The translations under genes were made by a program, and so were the position numbers. From an uncultured Gemmatimonadales bacterium (GTDB lineage: Bacteria > Gemmatimonadota > Gemmatimonadetes > Gemmatimonadales > Gemmatimonadaceae): DNA of 64,000 nucleotides. Shown here piece by piece: positions 1 through 8,806 of the stretch (positions are counted from its first letter, which is position 1; the number at the start of each line of letters is the position of its first letter). The stretch lies in assembly GCA_963850905.1 (NCBI GenBank), contig CAWKMU010000003.1, positions 3,232,001 to 3,296,000 of the forward strand, in the 5' to 3' direction. The notes under the pieces are model-generated. The model made no database searches. It was not told the origin of the DNA and saw only the letters and a program-made list of their open reading frames with translations.

Positions 1-49
1 CGACGTGGTGGCGGAGGCCGAGATGGCCGCAATCGTGCGCGACCGGTGA
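1..49 (+). CDS. fabZ: C-terminal end of 3-hydroxyacyl-ACP dehydratase FabZ (or LpxC/FabZ fusion), partial
   Basis: Frame 2 reads DVVAEAEMAAIVRDR*, typical of the FabZ C-terminus. The stop overlaps the lpxA GTG start (GTGA), matching the canonical fabZ-lpxA order. Confidence 0.75.
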   Translation, partial: DVVAEAEMAAIVRDR

Positions 50-837
50 CCGCCGCGGTGGAGACATTCATCCACCCGACCGCGATCATCAGCGCGGACG
101 CGCAGATCGGAGACGGGGTTCGGATCGGCGCCTATGCCATCGTCGGGGAGCAATGCGTCCTCGCTGACGGGTGCGTGCTCGCGCCGCGCGCGACGCTCGA
201 GCGCAACGTCACCCTCGCCCCGAACGTGCGCATCGGCATCGGGTCGGTGATCGGGGGCGACCCACAGGATCTCAAGTTCGGTGGGGAAGAGACCTTCGTC
301 GAGATCGGCGAGGGCACGGTCGTGCGCGAGTACGCCACGATCAACCGCGGCACGGCAGAGTCGCACCGGACGACCGTCGGGCGCAACTGCCTCATCATGT
401 CCTACGTGCATCTCGCTCACGACTGCCACGTCGCCGACAACGTCATCATCAGCAACGGCTCGCAGTTCGCCGGGCACGTCACGGTCGAGCACCACGCGAA
501 CGTCTCCGGCCTCTGTGTCATTCATCAGTTCTCGACGATCGGGCAATACAGCTTCATCGGTGGCGGGTCGCGGGTCCCGCAAAGCGTGCCACCATTCGTG
601 ATGGCGGTCGGCAGCCCGATGAAGCTCTATGGCCTCAATAAGGTGGGGCTGGCGCGGAACGGATTCCCCCCGCCGGTCGTGCAAGAGCTCAAGCGCGCGT
701 ATCGGCTCCTGTTCATGTCGGGACTCAAGATGTCGGATGCCATCGAGCGCGCGACGACTGAGCTAGAGCAACATCCCGAAGTGCAGACCTTGATCGAGTT
801 CATGAAAGAGGCCGGTCGGCGCGGGATCAGCTTTTGA
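46..837 (+). CDS. lpxA: Acyl-ACP--UDP-N-acetylglucosamine O-acyltransferase
   Basis: Hexapeptide repeats, PQDLKF, REYATINRGT, HLAHDC catalytic His, HQF and GLNKVGL motifs; 263 aa. Confidence 0.96.
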   Translation: MTAAVETFIHPTAIISADAQIGDGVRIGAYAIVGEQCVLADGCVLAPRATLERNVTLAPNVRIGIGSVIGGDPQDLKFGGEETFVEIGEGTVVREYATINRGTAESHRTTVGRNCLIMSYVHLAHDCHVADNVIISNGSQFAGHVTVEHHANVSGLCVIHQFSTIGQYSFIGGGSRVPQSVPPFVMAVGSPMKLYGLNKVGLARNGFPPPVVQELKRAYRLLFMSGLKMSDAIERATTELEQHPEVQTLIEFMKEAGRRGISF

Positions 838-1853
838 CCCCTGGGAACGGCTCGTCCCCGCGGCACCCGAGCGCGCCGCGCATCGGCGTCGTTGGGGCGG
901 GCGCGTTGGGGTACCACCACATTCGGTTGCTGCGCGACCTCCCGCGCGTTCGGTTCGCCGGCTTCTTCGAGGCGCGCCCTGATCGGGCGAAAGCCGTGGC
1001 TTCCGAGCTCCGCGTGGAGGCGGCCGCGTCGCTCGAGGAGCTGTTGGGCCGCGTCGATGCGGTCACAGTGGTTGTGCCGACGCAAGCGCACGCAGAAGTC
1101 GCCACCACGGCGCTCGCGCGCGGCGTGCACGTGCTCATTGAGAAGCCGCTGGCAGCGACCCTCGAGGAAGCCAATGCGATCGTCGCCGCCGCACACGCCA
1201 GCGGTGCCCTGGTGCAGACCGGGCATGTCGAGCGCTTCAATCGAGCGATTCGGGCGGCGGCGCCATATATCGATGGTCCGCTGTTCATCGAGAGCGACCG
1301 GTTGGCGCCGTTCACATCACGCGGCGCAGACGTCGCGGTGGTGCTCGATCTCATGATTCACGACATCGATCTGGTGCACACGCTCGTCCGCGACCGCGTC
1401 CTCGATGTCGCCGCGATCGGCGTGCCGCTGCTCACCCGCTCGATCGACATCGCCAACGCGCGCCTCACCTTTGCCGGCGGCGCCGTCGCCAACATTACGG
1501 CGAGTCGCGTGTCGAAGGAGCGTTTGCGAAAGATTCGCATCTTTCAGCCCAGTGCGTATTTCTCCCTGGATCTCGCCGATGGCTCCGGCGAGCTGTACCG
1601 GCTCCGCTCTGACGTGAATCTCGCGACGCTGGCCACCTCGGGGCGTCCAGTCGAGATCGACGCGTTCGTGGAACGCGTTCACCTCAAGGCGCCGGCCGAG
1701 GAGCCGCTCAAGCTCGAGCTCGAGGGCTTTGCGGCGGCTGTTCGTGGCGAACAGCCGGTCGCTGTCACCGGCGAAGAGGGGCGTGACGCCCTGGACATCG
1801 CGCTGCGGATCGTCAGCGAGATCGAGCGATCCGCGATGCGTGCGGCGCGCTGA
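834..1853 (+). CDS. Gfo/Idh/MocA NAD-dependent oxidoreductase, probable UDP-GlcNAc 3-dehydrogenase (GnnA-like)
   Basis: GAGALG Rossmann motif, EKP, GHVERFN and DLMIHDID; lies between lpxA and lpxB. Confidence 0.85.
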   Translation: MTPGNGSSPRHPSAPRIGVVGAGALGYHHIRLLRDLPRVRFAGFFEARPDRAKAVASELRVEAAASLEELLGRVDAVTVVVPTQAHAEVATTALARGVHVLIEKPLAATLEEANAIVAAAHASGALVQTGHVERFNRAIRAAAPYIDGPLFIESDRLAPFTSRGADVAVVLDLMIHDIDLVHTLVRDRVLDVAAIGVPLLTRSIDIANARLTFAGGAVANITASRVSKERLRKIRIFQPSAYFSLDLADGSGELYRLRSDVNLATLATSGRPVEIDAFVERVHLKAPAEEPLKLELEGFAAAVRGEQPVAVTGEEGRDALDIALRIVSEIERSAMRAAR

Positions 1854-1875
1854 GGTGAACGATGCAGGGGGTATC

Positions 1876-1986
1876 GACGCTAGACCCTGAACGCTGGACG
1901 CTGGAGACCAACCTCGGGACTAGAAGCCGTGTACCTAGCTAACCCCGAGTTTTTTTGCCAGCGTCCAGCGTCTAGCGTCCAGCGTC
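1876..1986. repeat. Heptamer-armed palindromic element, copy 1
   Basis: (TRGACGC)-type left arm, core AACCTCGGGACTAG...CTAACCCCGAGTTT, (YAGCGTC)x4 right arm. Homologous to 49433-49553 and 54465-54587. Confidence 0.85.
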
Positions 1987-1999
1987 TGTTGTCCTGACT

Positions 2000-3160
2000 A
2001 TGACGACCGTCCTCCTCTCGGCCGGCGAAGCATCTGGCGATTTGCATGCGAGCGGCGTTGCGTCCGCCATCCACGCGCTCCGGCCACAGTGGCAGCTCGG
2101 CGGCGTCGGAGGCCCGCGCATGCAGGCGGCGGGGGTCGAGCTCACCGAGGACGTGGTCTCGCGCGCGGTGATGGGTTTCGTGGAAGTGGTGGTGCACCTG
2201 CCGCGACATTACGCGCTCTTGCGCCGACTCCGCGCGCGCCTGCGGAGCGGCGCGGTCGATCTCGTGATCTGCGTGGATTATCCAGGCTTCAACATGAAGC
2301 TCGCGGCAGCAGCGCACGACGCCGGCGTCCCGGTCCTGTACTACATCACGCCGCAGGTATGGGCGTGGGGCGCTCGCCGCCTTCCCGAGCTGGCGCGTAC
2401 AGTCACGCGAGCCGCAGTCATCCTGCCGTTCGAAGAGGCGTTGCTGCGCCAGCACGATATCGACGTCACATTCGTCGGGCATCCGTTACTGGATCGGGCG
2501 ATGGAGCTCCCCACCCGGATGGCCGCACGACGACACCTCGGGCTCGCTGAAACGGACCGGGTGCTCGCGCTGTTTCCCGGCAGTCGCGCCCAGGAGGTCG
2601 AGCGGCACCTCGACCCGTTCGTCGCAGCTGCGCAGGCCGTCGCGCGCCGCATCGACGGGCTGCGCGTCATCGTGGGGGAGGCGCCGGGCATCCGCATCGA
2701 TCCCGCCCGATGTCCGTATCCCGTGGTCGCGTCGTCGTCCTTTGCCATTCTCCGCGCGGCGGACGCGGCCTTGTGCAAGAGCGGGACGACCACCCTCGAG
2801 GCTGCGGTCGCCGAATGTCCCCTCGTGGTCGGGTATCGGACGAGTGCGTGGACCTACGCGTTGGCGCGGCGCGTCGTCAAAATTCCGCGCATCGCGCTCG
2901 TCAACGTCCTCGCAGGGCGTGCGCTCGCCCCCGAGTTCGTCCAGGACGCACTCGAGCCCCAGGCGGTCGCGGACGCGTTAGTGCCACTGCTCGATCCGTC
3001 GAGTCCGGCGCGCGCGGCGGCGATCGCCGGCCTTCGCGAGGTTCGGGCGCAGCTCGGGCAGCCCGGGGCCGCCGGGAGGGTAGCGGCGCTCGCAGTCGCA
3101 TTGGTCGACGCACATACGAAGACCGCGCGCTCGACGCCCGCCCGGACGCCGGGCGTATGA
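2000..3160 (+). CDS. lpxB: Lipid-A-disaccharide synthase
   Basis: AGEASGD, VDYPGFN, YYITPQVWAW, FVGHPL, PGSR and SGTTTLE motifs. Confidence 0.96.
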   Translation: MTTVLLSAGEASGDLHASGVASAIHALRPQWQLGGVGGPRMQAAGVELTEDVVSRAVMGFVEVVVHLPRHYALLRRLRARLRSGAVDLVICVDYPGFNMKLAAAAHDAGVPVLYYITPQVWAWGARRLPELARTVTRAAVILPFEEALLRQHDIDVTFVGHPLLDRAMELPTRMAARRHLGLAETDRVLALFPGSRAQEVERHLDPFVAAAQAVARRIDGLRVIVGEAPGIRIDPARCPYPVVASSSFAILRAADAALCKSGTTTLEAAVAECPLVVGYRTSAWTYALARRVVKIPRIALVNVLAGRALAPEFVQDALEPQAVADALVPLLDPSSPARAAAIAGLREVRAQLGQPGAAGRVAALAVALVDAHTKTARSTPARTPGV

Positions 3161-3837
3161 CGTCGGTCAGCGGCGGCTCTGAGGCGCTGCCGAAAGCACT
3201 CGACTGGCGGTCGCGCGCCATCGTCCTCGCCGGCACGACCGTCCTGCGCGGTCTGGCTCCCACGCTGCGGGTCCGTCGCGTCACGCCAGACGGAGCCGTC
3301 GCCCCGGGACGGCTCGGCGACGGCCGACCACGCTTGTATGCGTTCTGGCACGCCCAGATGATTCCTGCTATGGTCGCGCATACCGGAAGCGGTATCGCGG
3401 TGCTGATCAGTGCGCATCGCGACGGCGAGTTGATCGCTCGCGTCGCGGCGCGATTCGGCATTGCCGCCATTCGTGGTTCGACCTCGCGGGGGGGCGCCGG
3501 CGCCCTCCGCGCGATCGAACGCGCGCTGGCTGATGGACAGTCCGTCGCAATCACCCCTGACGGTCCCCGCGGTCCGGCTGAAGTGTTTCAGCCCGGGACG
3601 CTGATCGCCGCCCAGCGGGTGGCCGTTCCGGTCGTGCTTGGCGCCATTGTGCCCACGCGGGCGTGGCGACTGAAGACCTGGGATCGCTTCATCGTCCCAA
3701 AGCCATTTGCGGAGCTCCAGGTCGCATATTCCGAGGAATTGAGTGTCAATGCCGAGACTCCGCGGCTGGCGGCACGCTGCGCGACTGAGTTTCAAGCGCG
3801 ACTCAAGACCCTCAATGACACGCTCCCCACAGGGTGA
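3157..3837 (+). CDS. DUF374 lysophospholipid acyltransferase family protein (LpxJ-like)
   Basis: FWH, ISAHRDGELI, RGSTSRGG, TPDGPRGP and WDRFIVPKPF motifs. The ATG overlaps the lpxB stop (ATGA). Confidence 0.88.
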   Translation: MTSVSGGSEALPKALDWRSRAIVLAGTTVLRGLAPTLRVRRVTPDGAVAPGRLGDGRPRLYAFWHAQMIPAMVAHTGSGIAVLISAHRDGELIARVAARFGIAAIRGSTSRGGAGALRAIERALADGQSVAITPDGPRGPAEVFQPGTLIAAQRVAVPVVLGAIVPTRAWRLKTWDRFIVPKPFAELQVAYSEELSVNAETPRLAARCATEFQARLKTLNDTLPTG

Positions 3838-3844
3838 TCGGCTG

Positions 3845-4882
3845 ATGGGAGCCTCGCACTTCGTCGAGCGTCTGTGGTTCGAGCAGTCGATGCGGGCCCG
3901 GCTGTCGCGCGTCGCCCTCGCCCCCGCAGCGGCGGCCTATGCGCTCGTTGCCGCCTCGCGGCGTAATCTGTACGATCGTCGCGTGCTCCCGACCCACATG
4001 CCGGCAATCCCGGCGATCAGTGTTGGGAACCTCACCGTTGGAGGCACGGGCAAGACCCCCGTGGCTGCGTGGATCGCTACCGCCCTTCGCGACCGCCACT
4101 GTCACCCGGGAATCGTGCTACGCGGCTACGCCGGTGGTGACGAAACGGCGGTACATCGGATATTGAATTCCGATGTGCCGGTCGTCGCCGATCCGGACCG
4201 CCTGGCCGGCATCGACGCCCTCGCGAAAGCGGGGTGCGATATCGCGATTCTCGATGACGCGTTCCAGCACCGCCGCGTGCGACGTGCCCTCGACGTGGTC
4301 TTGGTCAGTGCGGACGCGTGGCCTGACGTGCGCTGGCCCCTCCCGTCCGGGCCGTGGAGGGAGTCGCTGCACGCACTGCGTCGAGCCGATCTGATCCTCA
4401 TCACGCGCAAATCAGCGAGTTCGGCAATGGTGGACGCCGCGCGCGATGCCGTTCATCGTGCGGCCCCGCGTGTGGGCGACGCCGTCGTCGCACTGCGCCT
4501 CGATGAGTTACGGACGGTGGACGGCCGCACGAAGCCGCTGTCGACGCTCCGTGGTGTTCGAGTGTGCGCGGTTGCGGCAATTGGATGGCCAGCCGCGTTC
4601 TCGGCCCAGCTGCAGGCCGCCGGTGCGAGCGTCGATCCGGTGTTCTTTCGCGATCATCACAACTACTCGGCCGCCGATGTCGCCGCGATCACCCAGCGGG
4701 CATCCAGCGGCGCGACGATCGTATGCACGCTCAAGGATGCGGTCAAGTTGGCGGGGCAGTGGCCTCGCGAAGCCCCACCGATATGGTATGTTTCTCAGCG
4801 GCTTGAGCTGGAACGTGGCGCCGACGCGGTGTATGCCGCCCTCGACGCCGCGATTCGACTGAGGCCGCCATCATCCGCGTAG
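3845..4882 (+). CDS. lpxK: Tetraacyldisaccharide 4'-kinase
   Basis: SVGNLTVGGTGKTP P-loop, RGY, LDDAFQH, FRDHH and CTLKDAVKL. Confidence 0.95.
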   Translation: MGASHFVERLWFEQSMRARLSRVALAPAAAAYALVAASRRNLYDRRVLPTHMPAIPAISVGNLTVGGTGKTPVAAWIATALRDRHCHPGIVLRGYAGGDETAVHRILNSDVPVVADPDRLAGIDALAKAGCDIAILDDAFQHRRVRRALDVVLVSADAWPDVRWPLPSGPWRESLHALRRADLILITRKSASSAMVDAARDAVHRAAPRVGDAVVALRLDELRTVDGRTKPLSTLRGVRVCAVAAIGWPAAFSAQLQAAGASVDPVFFRDHHNYSAADVAAITQRASSGATIVCTLKDAVKLAGQWPREAPPIWYVSQRLELERGADAVYAALDAAIRLRPPSSA

Positions 4883-4945
4883 GACCCCTCACCCTCGACC
4901 CGTTTGCCAGTGCGGGCGCTGTACCCCCGCCGGCAGAGTTTCGCG

Positions 4946-6253
4946 ATGGCCACAGATCTGAGATTGCCGACCCACAAGATCGTTCGCCCCGATAAGGATC
5001 GCTTCCTCAACGAAGAGAACCCCTTCGAGGCCATGATGTCGCGGTTCGATCGAGCCGCGGAGCTACTCGATCTCGAGCCTGGCATTTACCGGGTGCTGCG
5101 GAATCCGGAAAAGCAAATCATTATCTCCATCCCGATTCAGCTCGACAGCGGCGACGTCGAGGTGTTCACCGGCTACCGGGTGTTGTACAACACGTCGCGC
5201 GGGCCTGCCAAGGGCGGGATCCGCTTCGACCTGCAGGTGACCCTGGAGGAGGTCAAGGCACTCGCGGCCTGGATGACCTGGAAGTGCGCCGTCGTCAACA
5301 TTCCGTTCGGCGGCTCCAAAGGCGGCGTCGTGTGCGATCCACTCAAGATGAGTGTGGGTGAGCTCGAGCGGCTGACGCGTCGCTACACCGCCGGGATCAT
5401 CAGCACCCTGGGTCCTGATTCCGATGTGCCGGCGCCCGACGTGAATACCAACGAGCGGGTCATGGCGTGGATCATGGACACGTACTCCATGCACGCGCGG
5501 CACACGGTCACCGCGGTGGTCACCGGCAAACCCATCGAGATGGGTGGCTCACTCGGTCGACGCGAGGCAACGGGCCGGGGATGCATGATCGTCACCAAGG
5601 AAGCGTTGAACTATCTGGGGATGCCCGTGCGCGGGGCGACGGTCGCAGTCCAGGGATTTGGCAACGTCGGTTCGATTGCAGCGGAGTTACTCCAGGCCGA
5701 GGGATGCAAGATCACGGCAATCGGGGATCGCTCCGGCGCCATCCACAACAAGGGCGGGATCGACATCGCCGAGGCGATTAAGCACGTCAAGGAGCACAGG
5801 TCGCTCGAGGGATTCCACAAGGGCGATGCGATCACCAACGACGAGCTCCTGACGCTGGAGGTCGACGTCTTGCTACCGGCGGCCCTCGAGAACGTCATTA
5901 CGAGCAAGAACGCGGGGAAGGTACGTGCGAAGGTGATCTGCGAGGGCGCGAACGGCCCCACCACGGCAGGCGCGGATGCGATTCTGGAAGAGAAGGGGAT
6001 CTTCGTCATTCCGGACATCCTGGCAAACGCCGGCGGCGTGACGGTGTCATACTTCGAATGGGTTCAAGATCGCGGCGGTTACTTCTGGTCCGAGGAGACG
6101 GTCAACGACCGGCTGCGCGACATCATGACGCGCAGCTTCCGCGACGTGCTGGGCCTCGCCCGACAGCACAAGGTCAACATGCGGACGGCCGCGTACATGC
6201 TCGCGATCAGTCGCGTATCGACCGTGCACAGACTCCGCGGGATCTACGCGTAG
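4946..6253 (+). CDS. gdhA: Glu/Leu/Phe/Val dehydrogenase (glutamate dehydrogenase)
   Basis: [44 protein letters not shown] and [12 protein letters not shown]. Start taken at ATG 4946. Confidence 0.93.
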   Translation: MATDLRLPTHKIVRPDKDRFLNEENPFEAMMSRFDRAAELLDLEPGIYRVLRNPEKQIIISIPIQLDSGDVEVFTGYRVLYNTSRGPAKGGIRFDLQVTLEEVKALAAWMTWKCAVVNIPFGGSKGGVVCDPLKMSVGELERLTRRYTAGIISTLGPDSDVPAPDVNTNERVMAWIMDTYSMHARHTVTAVVTGKPIEMGGSLGRREATGRGCMIVTKEALNYLGMPVRGATVAVQGFGNVGSIAAELLQAEGCKITAIGDRSGAIHNKGGIDIAEAIKHVKEHRSLEGFHKGDAITNDELLTLEVDVLLPAALENVITSKNAGKVRAKVICEGANGPTTAGADAILEEKGIFVIPDILANAGGVTVSYFEWVQDRGGYFWSEETVNDRLRDIMTRSFRDVLGLARQHKVNMRTAAYMLAISRVSTVHRLRGIYA

Positions 6254-6308
6254 CGGGGGTCGGCGCGGCATGTGGACCTGCCCGCCGGCCTGACATTGTC
6301 CAAACGCC

Positions 6309-6770
6309 GTGCGCTTCGTCATTGTCGCTGTGGGCCGGCCACGGGCCGCGGCGATCGCCGCGGCGATCGAGGAGTACGAGGCGCGGGCGGCCAGGTATTG
6401 GCCCCTCGAACGCAGTGAGGTTCGTGAGGTTGCAGCGCGGGCTGGTACGCAGGACCTGGTCCGCGCCAAGGAAGGCCAGCAGATCTTGGACCGAGTGGGC
6501 AAGATGCGACTCGTGCTCTGTGATCGCGACGGGACGCGGCGGTCGTCCGAGGAGTTCGCGCGATGGATGCAGGATACCCAGGAGCGGAGCCTTGACGTGG
6601 CGTTCGTCATCGGTGGGGCCTTCGGGGTCTCGGAGCCTGTCCGGTCGGCCGCCTGGGCGCAGCTGTCGCTGTCACCCTGGACTCTCCCACACGAGCTCGC
6701 GCGTCTCGTGCTCGCCGAGCAGCTATATCGGGCGGGTACCATCATGCGGGGCGAACCGTATCACAAATGA
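6309..6770 (+). CDS. rlmH: 23S rRNA (pseudouridine1915-N3)-methyltransferase
   Basis: SPOUT motifs FVIGGAFG, LSLSPWTLPHELARLVLAEQLYRA and C-terminal PYHK. Confidence 0.96.
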   Translation: MRFVIVAVGRPRAAAIAAAIEEYEARAARYWPLERSEVREVAARAGTQDLVRAKEGQQILDRVGKMRLVLCDRDGTRRSSEEFARWMQDTQERSLDVAFVIGGAFGVSEPVRSAAWAQLSLSPWTLPHELARLVLAEQLYRAGTIMRGEPYHK

Positions 6771-6938
6771 GGGGCCGGACGCACGGTACCCGCGATCACG
6801 GGTTGCATGCTTCGCGTAGCAACTGGGGGTCCGCGAACCTATTGCGGACTCGACGGGTTTAGTTGGGTCATGACCGGCGCGACCGCCACGACATCGATGC
6901 TGCTTGGGTTAACGATGTCCTCGTCGTCCCCGGGCCCC
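6771..6938 (+). ncRNA. Candidate structured non-coding RNA (~170 nt), identity unknown
   Basis: Nested pairing: GGGGCC/GGCCCC ends, GGACG/CGTCC, CATG/CATG, CAACTGG/TTAGTTG, an apical GTCCGC/GCGGAC hairpin and a side hairpin GACATCG/CGATGTC. No convincing ORF. Confidence 0.35.
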
Positions 6939-7005
6939 GGACCCCGGGCCCCGGACCCCGGCGGTTCGTCGTTCCCGTCACCCGTCACCCGTTACCCGTT
7001 ACCCG
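6928..7005. repeat. Tandem heptamer arrays (CCCCGGR x5; CCCGTYA x4)
   Basis: Directly visible 7-bp periodic repeats in the rlmH-bshC spacer. Confidence 0.85.
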
Positions 7006-7111
7006 GCAGTTCATGCTGTACCAGCTGTCGTCGCGGGTGTTGTCGCTGTTCTCTCCTTTCTCCCCTCTGCGGGTCTACGTTCTCGGGCGTTAAGCGCCCG
7101 CGCTGGGGCGC

Positions 7112-8806
7112 ATGAGCAGGCCGAGCCTCGAGCCCGAAGTGGTCCGCGCGATGACGGCAGTCGAGCGCGCCCGCATCCGGGCCCAGACGATCGTACGAAC
7201 AGAGCCCCTGGGCGGCGGACCCCTCACACGTGCGGCACTCGCGGGCACCACTCCCCCGGGTTGGTACCCCCCTCGTCCGCACACGCACCGCGAATGGCGA
7301 GAGCGCGCCCAAACCGTCAGAGAGCAGATGCGCGGCTCCCGATGGCTCGAAGAACTGTGGCCCGCCATCGAGCCAAGCGGAGCGGCGCGAGAGCGCCTGC
7401 AACGCGCGGCCGAGCAGGGCATCGTCGTGACGAGCGGTCAGCAGCCGGGACTGTTCGGCGGCCCGGTGTACACCTGGTCCAAGGCGATCGCAGTGCTCGC
7501 CCTGGCCGACACGCTGGAGCGCGTGTGCGGTGTGCCCGTGGCACCGCTCTTCTGGGCCGCAACGGACGATGCGGACTTCGCCGAGGCCAGTACGACCTGG
7601 ATTGCGGTGTCCGGAGGCGCGGAGCCAATTACCGCGGAGCCGATCGCGCGTGTCGGCACGGTGCTCGACGCCGCGCGCCTGGGTGACCTGTCGGTGCCAC
7701 TGGCTCGCCTCATTGGCGCGACCGGGTCCGCTCCGTTTGTGGGCGCGCTCGAGGCGGTCCGTGCCGCCTATGGAGCTCCGAGCGGGCTCGATGGCGCTGC
7801 GCTGCGAGAGGTCACGGCCGGCGGCGCCTTCGTCTCCCTGTTGCGCGGGTTGCTCGCTCCATTGGGTGTGAGCGTGCTGGACGCCGCGCACGATGCCGTG
7901 CGTCGCCGCGCATTCCCCACGCTGACCCGCGCGCTCGAGCGGAGCGAGGCGATCGCCCACGCGCTCGAGGAGCGTAGTGAAGCCATCGCACGCGCCGGCT
8001 TCACGCCGCAGGTCAGCAACGTCCGCGGGCTGTCGCTCGTGTTTGCGTGGAAAGCCCCGGACGGGAGCGCGGCCGACGGCGCCGGTCCTGCGGGTCCGAC
8101 CAAAGTGCGAGTGCCGGTCGCGCAAGCCCGCCAACTCGCGGCCACCGCAGTTCCGGGCGAGCTGACTCACAACGTGCTCCTCCGACCGATCGTCGAGCGG
8201 GCGCTGGTGCCGAGTGCGGCCTACCTCGGAGGACCGAGCGAGATCGCGTACTTCGCGCAGACCAGCGCGGTCGCCGACGTGCTGGATGTCCCGCAGCCGC
8301 TGATCCTGCCGCGATGGTCCTGCACGCTCATCGAGCCGTCCGCCACTGCGCTGCTTGCACGCTACGGGACGTCGCTCGAGGAGCTGCGCGACCCGCATGG
8401 ACCGGAGACACGCCTCGCGCGCGCCGCGCTCCCCGACACGCTGCGCGATGCCCTCGATGCCCTGGCGAGTGCCGTCGAGACGGAGACCAGGCGCGTCGCC
8501 GCCGCCGACCACGCTGGCCTCGTACCGGACGCCGTAGTCGAGGGCGCACGCGCGCATCTGTCACATCGCGTGAGTCGCCTGGAGCGGAGGTATCTCGCGG
8601 CGGCCAAGCGCGGCGCGCAAGCAGTCTTGCGCGATCTGGCCACGCTTCGGGGCGCGCTGTATCCCGAAGGCGAACGCCAGGAACGTGTGTTGAACTTCAT
8701 TCCGTTCCTCGCACGTGGCGGAATGGCGTTGCTCGAAGCAATGCAGGGCGAAGCGATGCGACACGCATCCGACCTCGCGGGGGGAGATCCATCGAAGCTC
8801 CCGTAA
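7112..8806 (+). CDS. bshC: Bacillithiol biosynthesis cysteine-adding enzyme
   Basis: VTSGQQPGLFGGPVYTWSKA, FWAATDDADFAE, NVLLRP, YLGGPSEIAYFAQ and QERVLN motifs. Confidence 0.9.
   Translation: MSRPSLEPEVVRAMTAVERARIRAQTIVRTEPLGGGPLTRAALAGTTPPGWYPPRPHTHREWRERAQTVREQMRGSRWLEELWPAIEPSGAARERLQRAAEQGIVVTSGQQPGLFGGPVYTWSKAIAVLALADTLERVCGVPVAPLFWAATDDADFAEASTTWIAVSGGAEPITAEPIARVGTVLDAARLGDLSVPLARLIGATGSAPFVGALEAVRAAYGAPSGLDGAALREVTAGGAFVSLLRGLLAPLGVSVLDAAHDAVRRRAFPTLTRALERSEAIAHALEERSEAIARAGFTPQVSNVRGLSLVFAWKAPDGSAADGAGPAGPTKVRVPVAQARQLAATAVPGELTHNVLLRPIVERALVPSAAYLGGPSEIAYFAQTSAVADVLDVPQPLILPRWSCTLIEPSATALLARYGTSLEELRDPHGPETRLARAALPDTLRDALDALASAVETETRRVAAADHAGLVPDAVVEGARAHLSHRVSRLERRYLAAAKRGAQAVLRDLATLRGALYPEGERQERVLNFIPFLARGGMALLEAMQGEAMRHASDLAGGDPSKLP

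Noticed and set aside
2710..3156. Long N-terminus of the DUF374 ORF
   Set aside because: It overlaps lpxB in a shadow frame; the ATGA-coupled start at 3157 is more plausible.
6825..6940. tmRNA, SRP RNA or c-di-AMP riboswitch identity for the structured spacer (GGACTCGACGGG resembles a tmRNA 5' segment; AAGCAGC on the minus strand resembles SRP)
   Set aside because: No T-arm/CCA end or tag reading frame, no SRP GGAA tetraloop context, and the riboswitch consensus elements are not in order.
6992..8557. Long antisense ORFs (e.g. 6992-8557, 25088-26380, 36476-37804, 40562-41725)
   Set aside because: Expected in high-GC DNA opposite real genes; no recognisable motifs.
8047..8802. 794-aa MurJ with a long N-terminal extension (ORF track)
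   Set aside because: The extension is the Arg-rich shadow frame of bshC; MurJ similarity begins only after ~8870.
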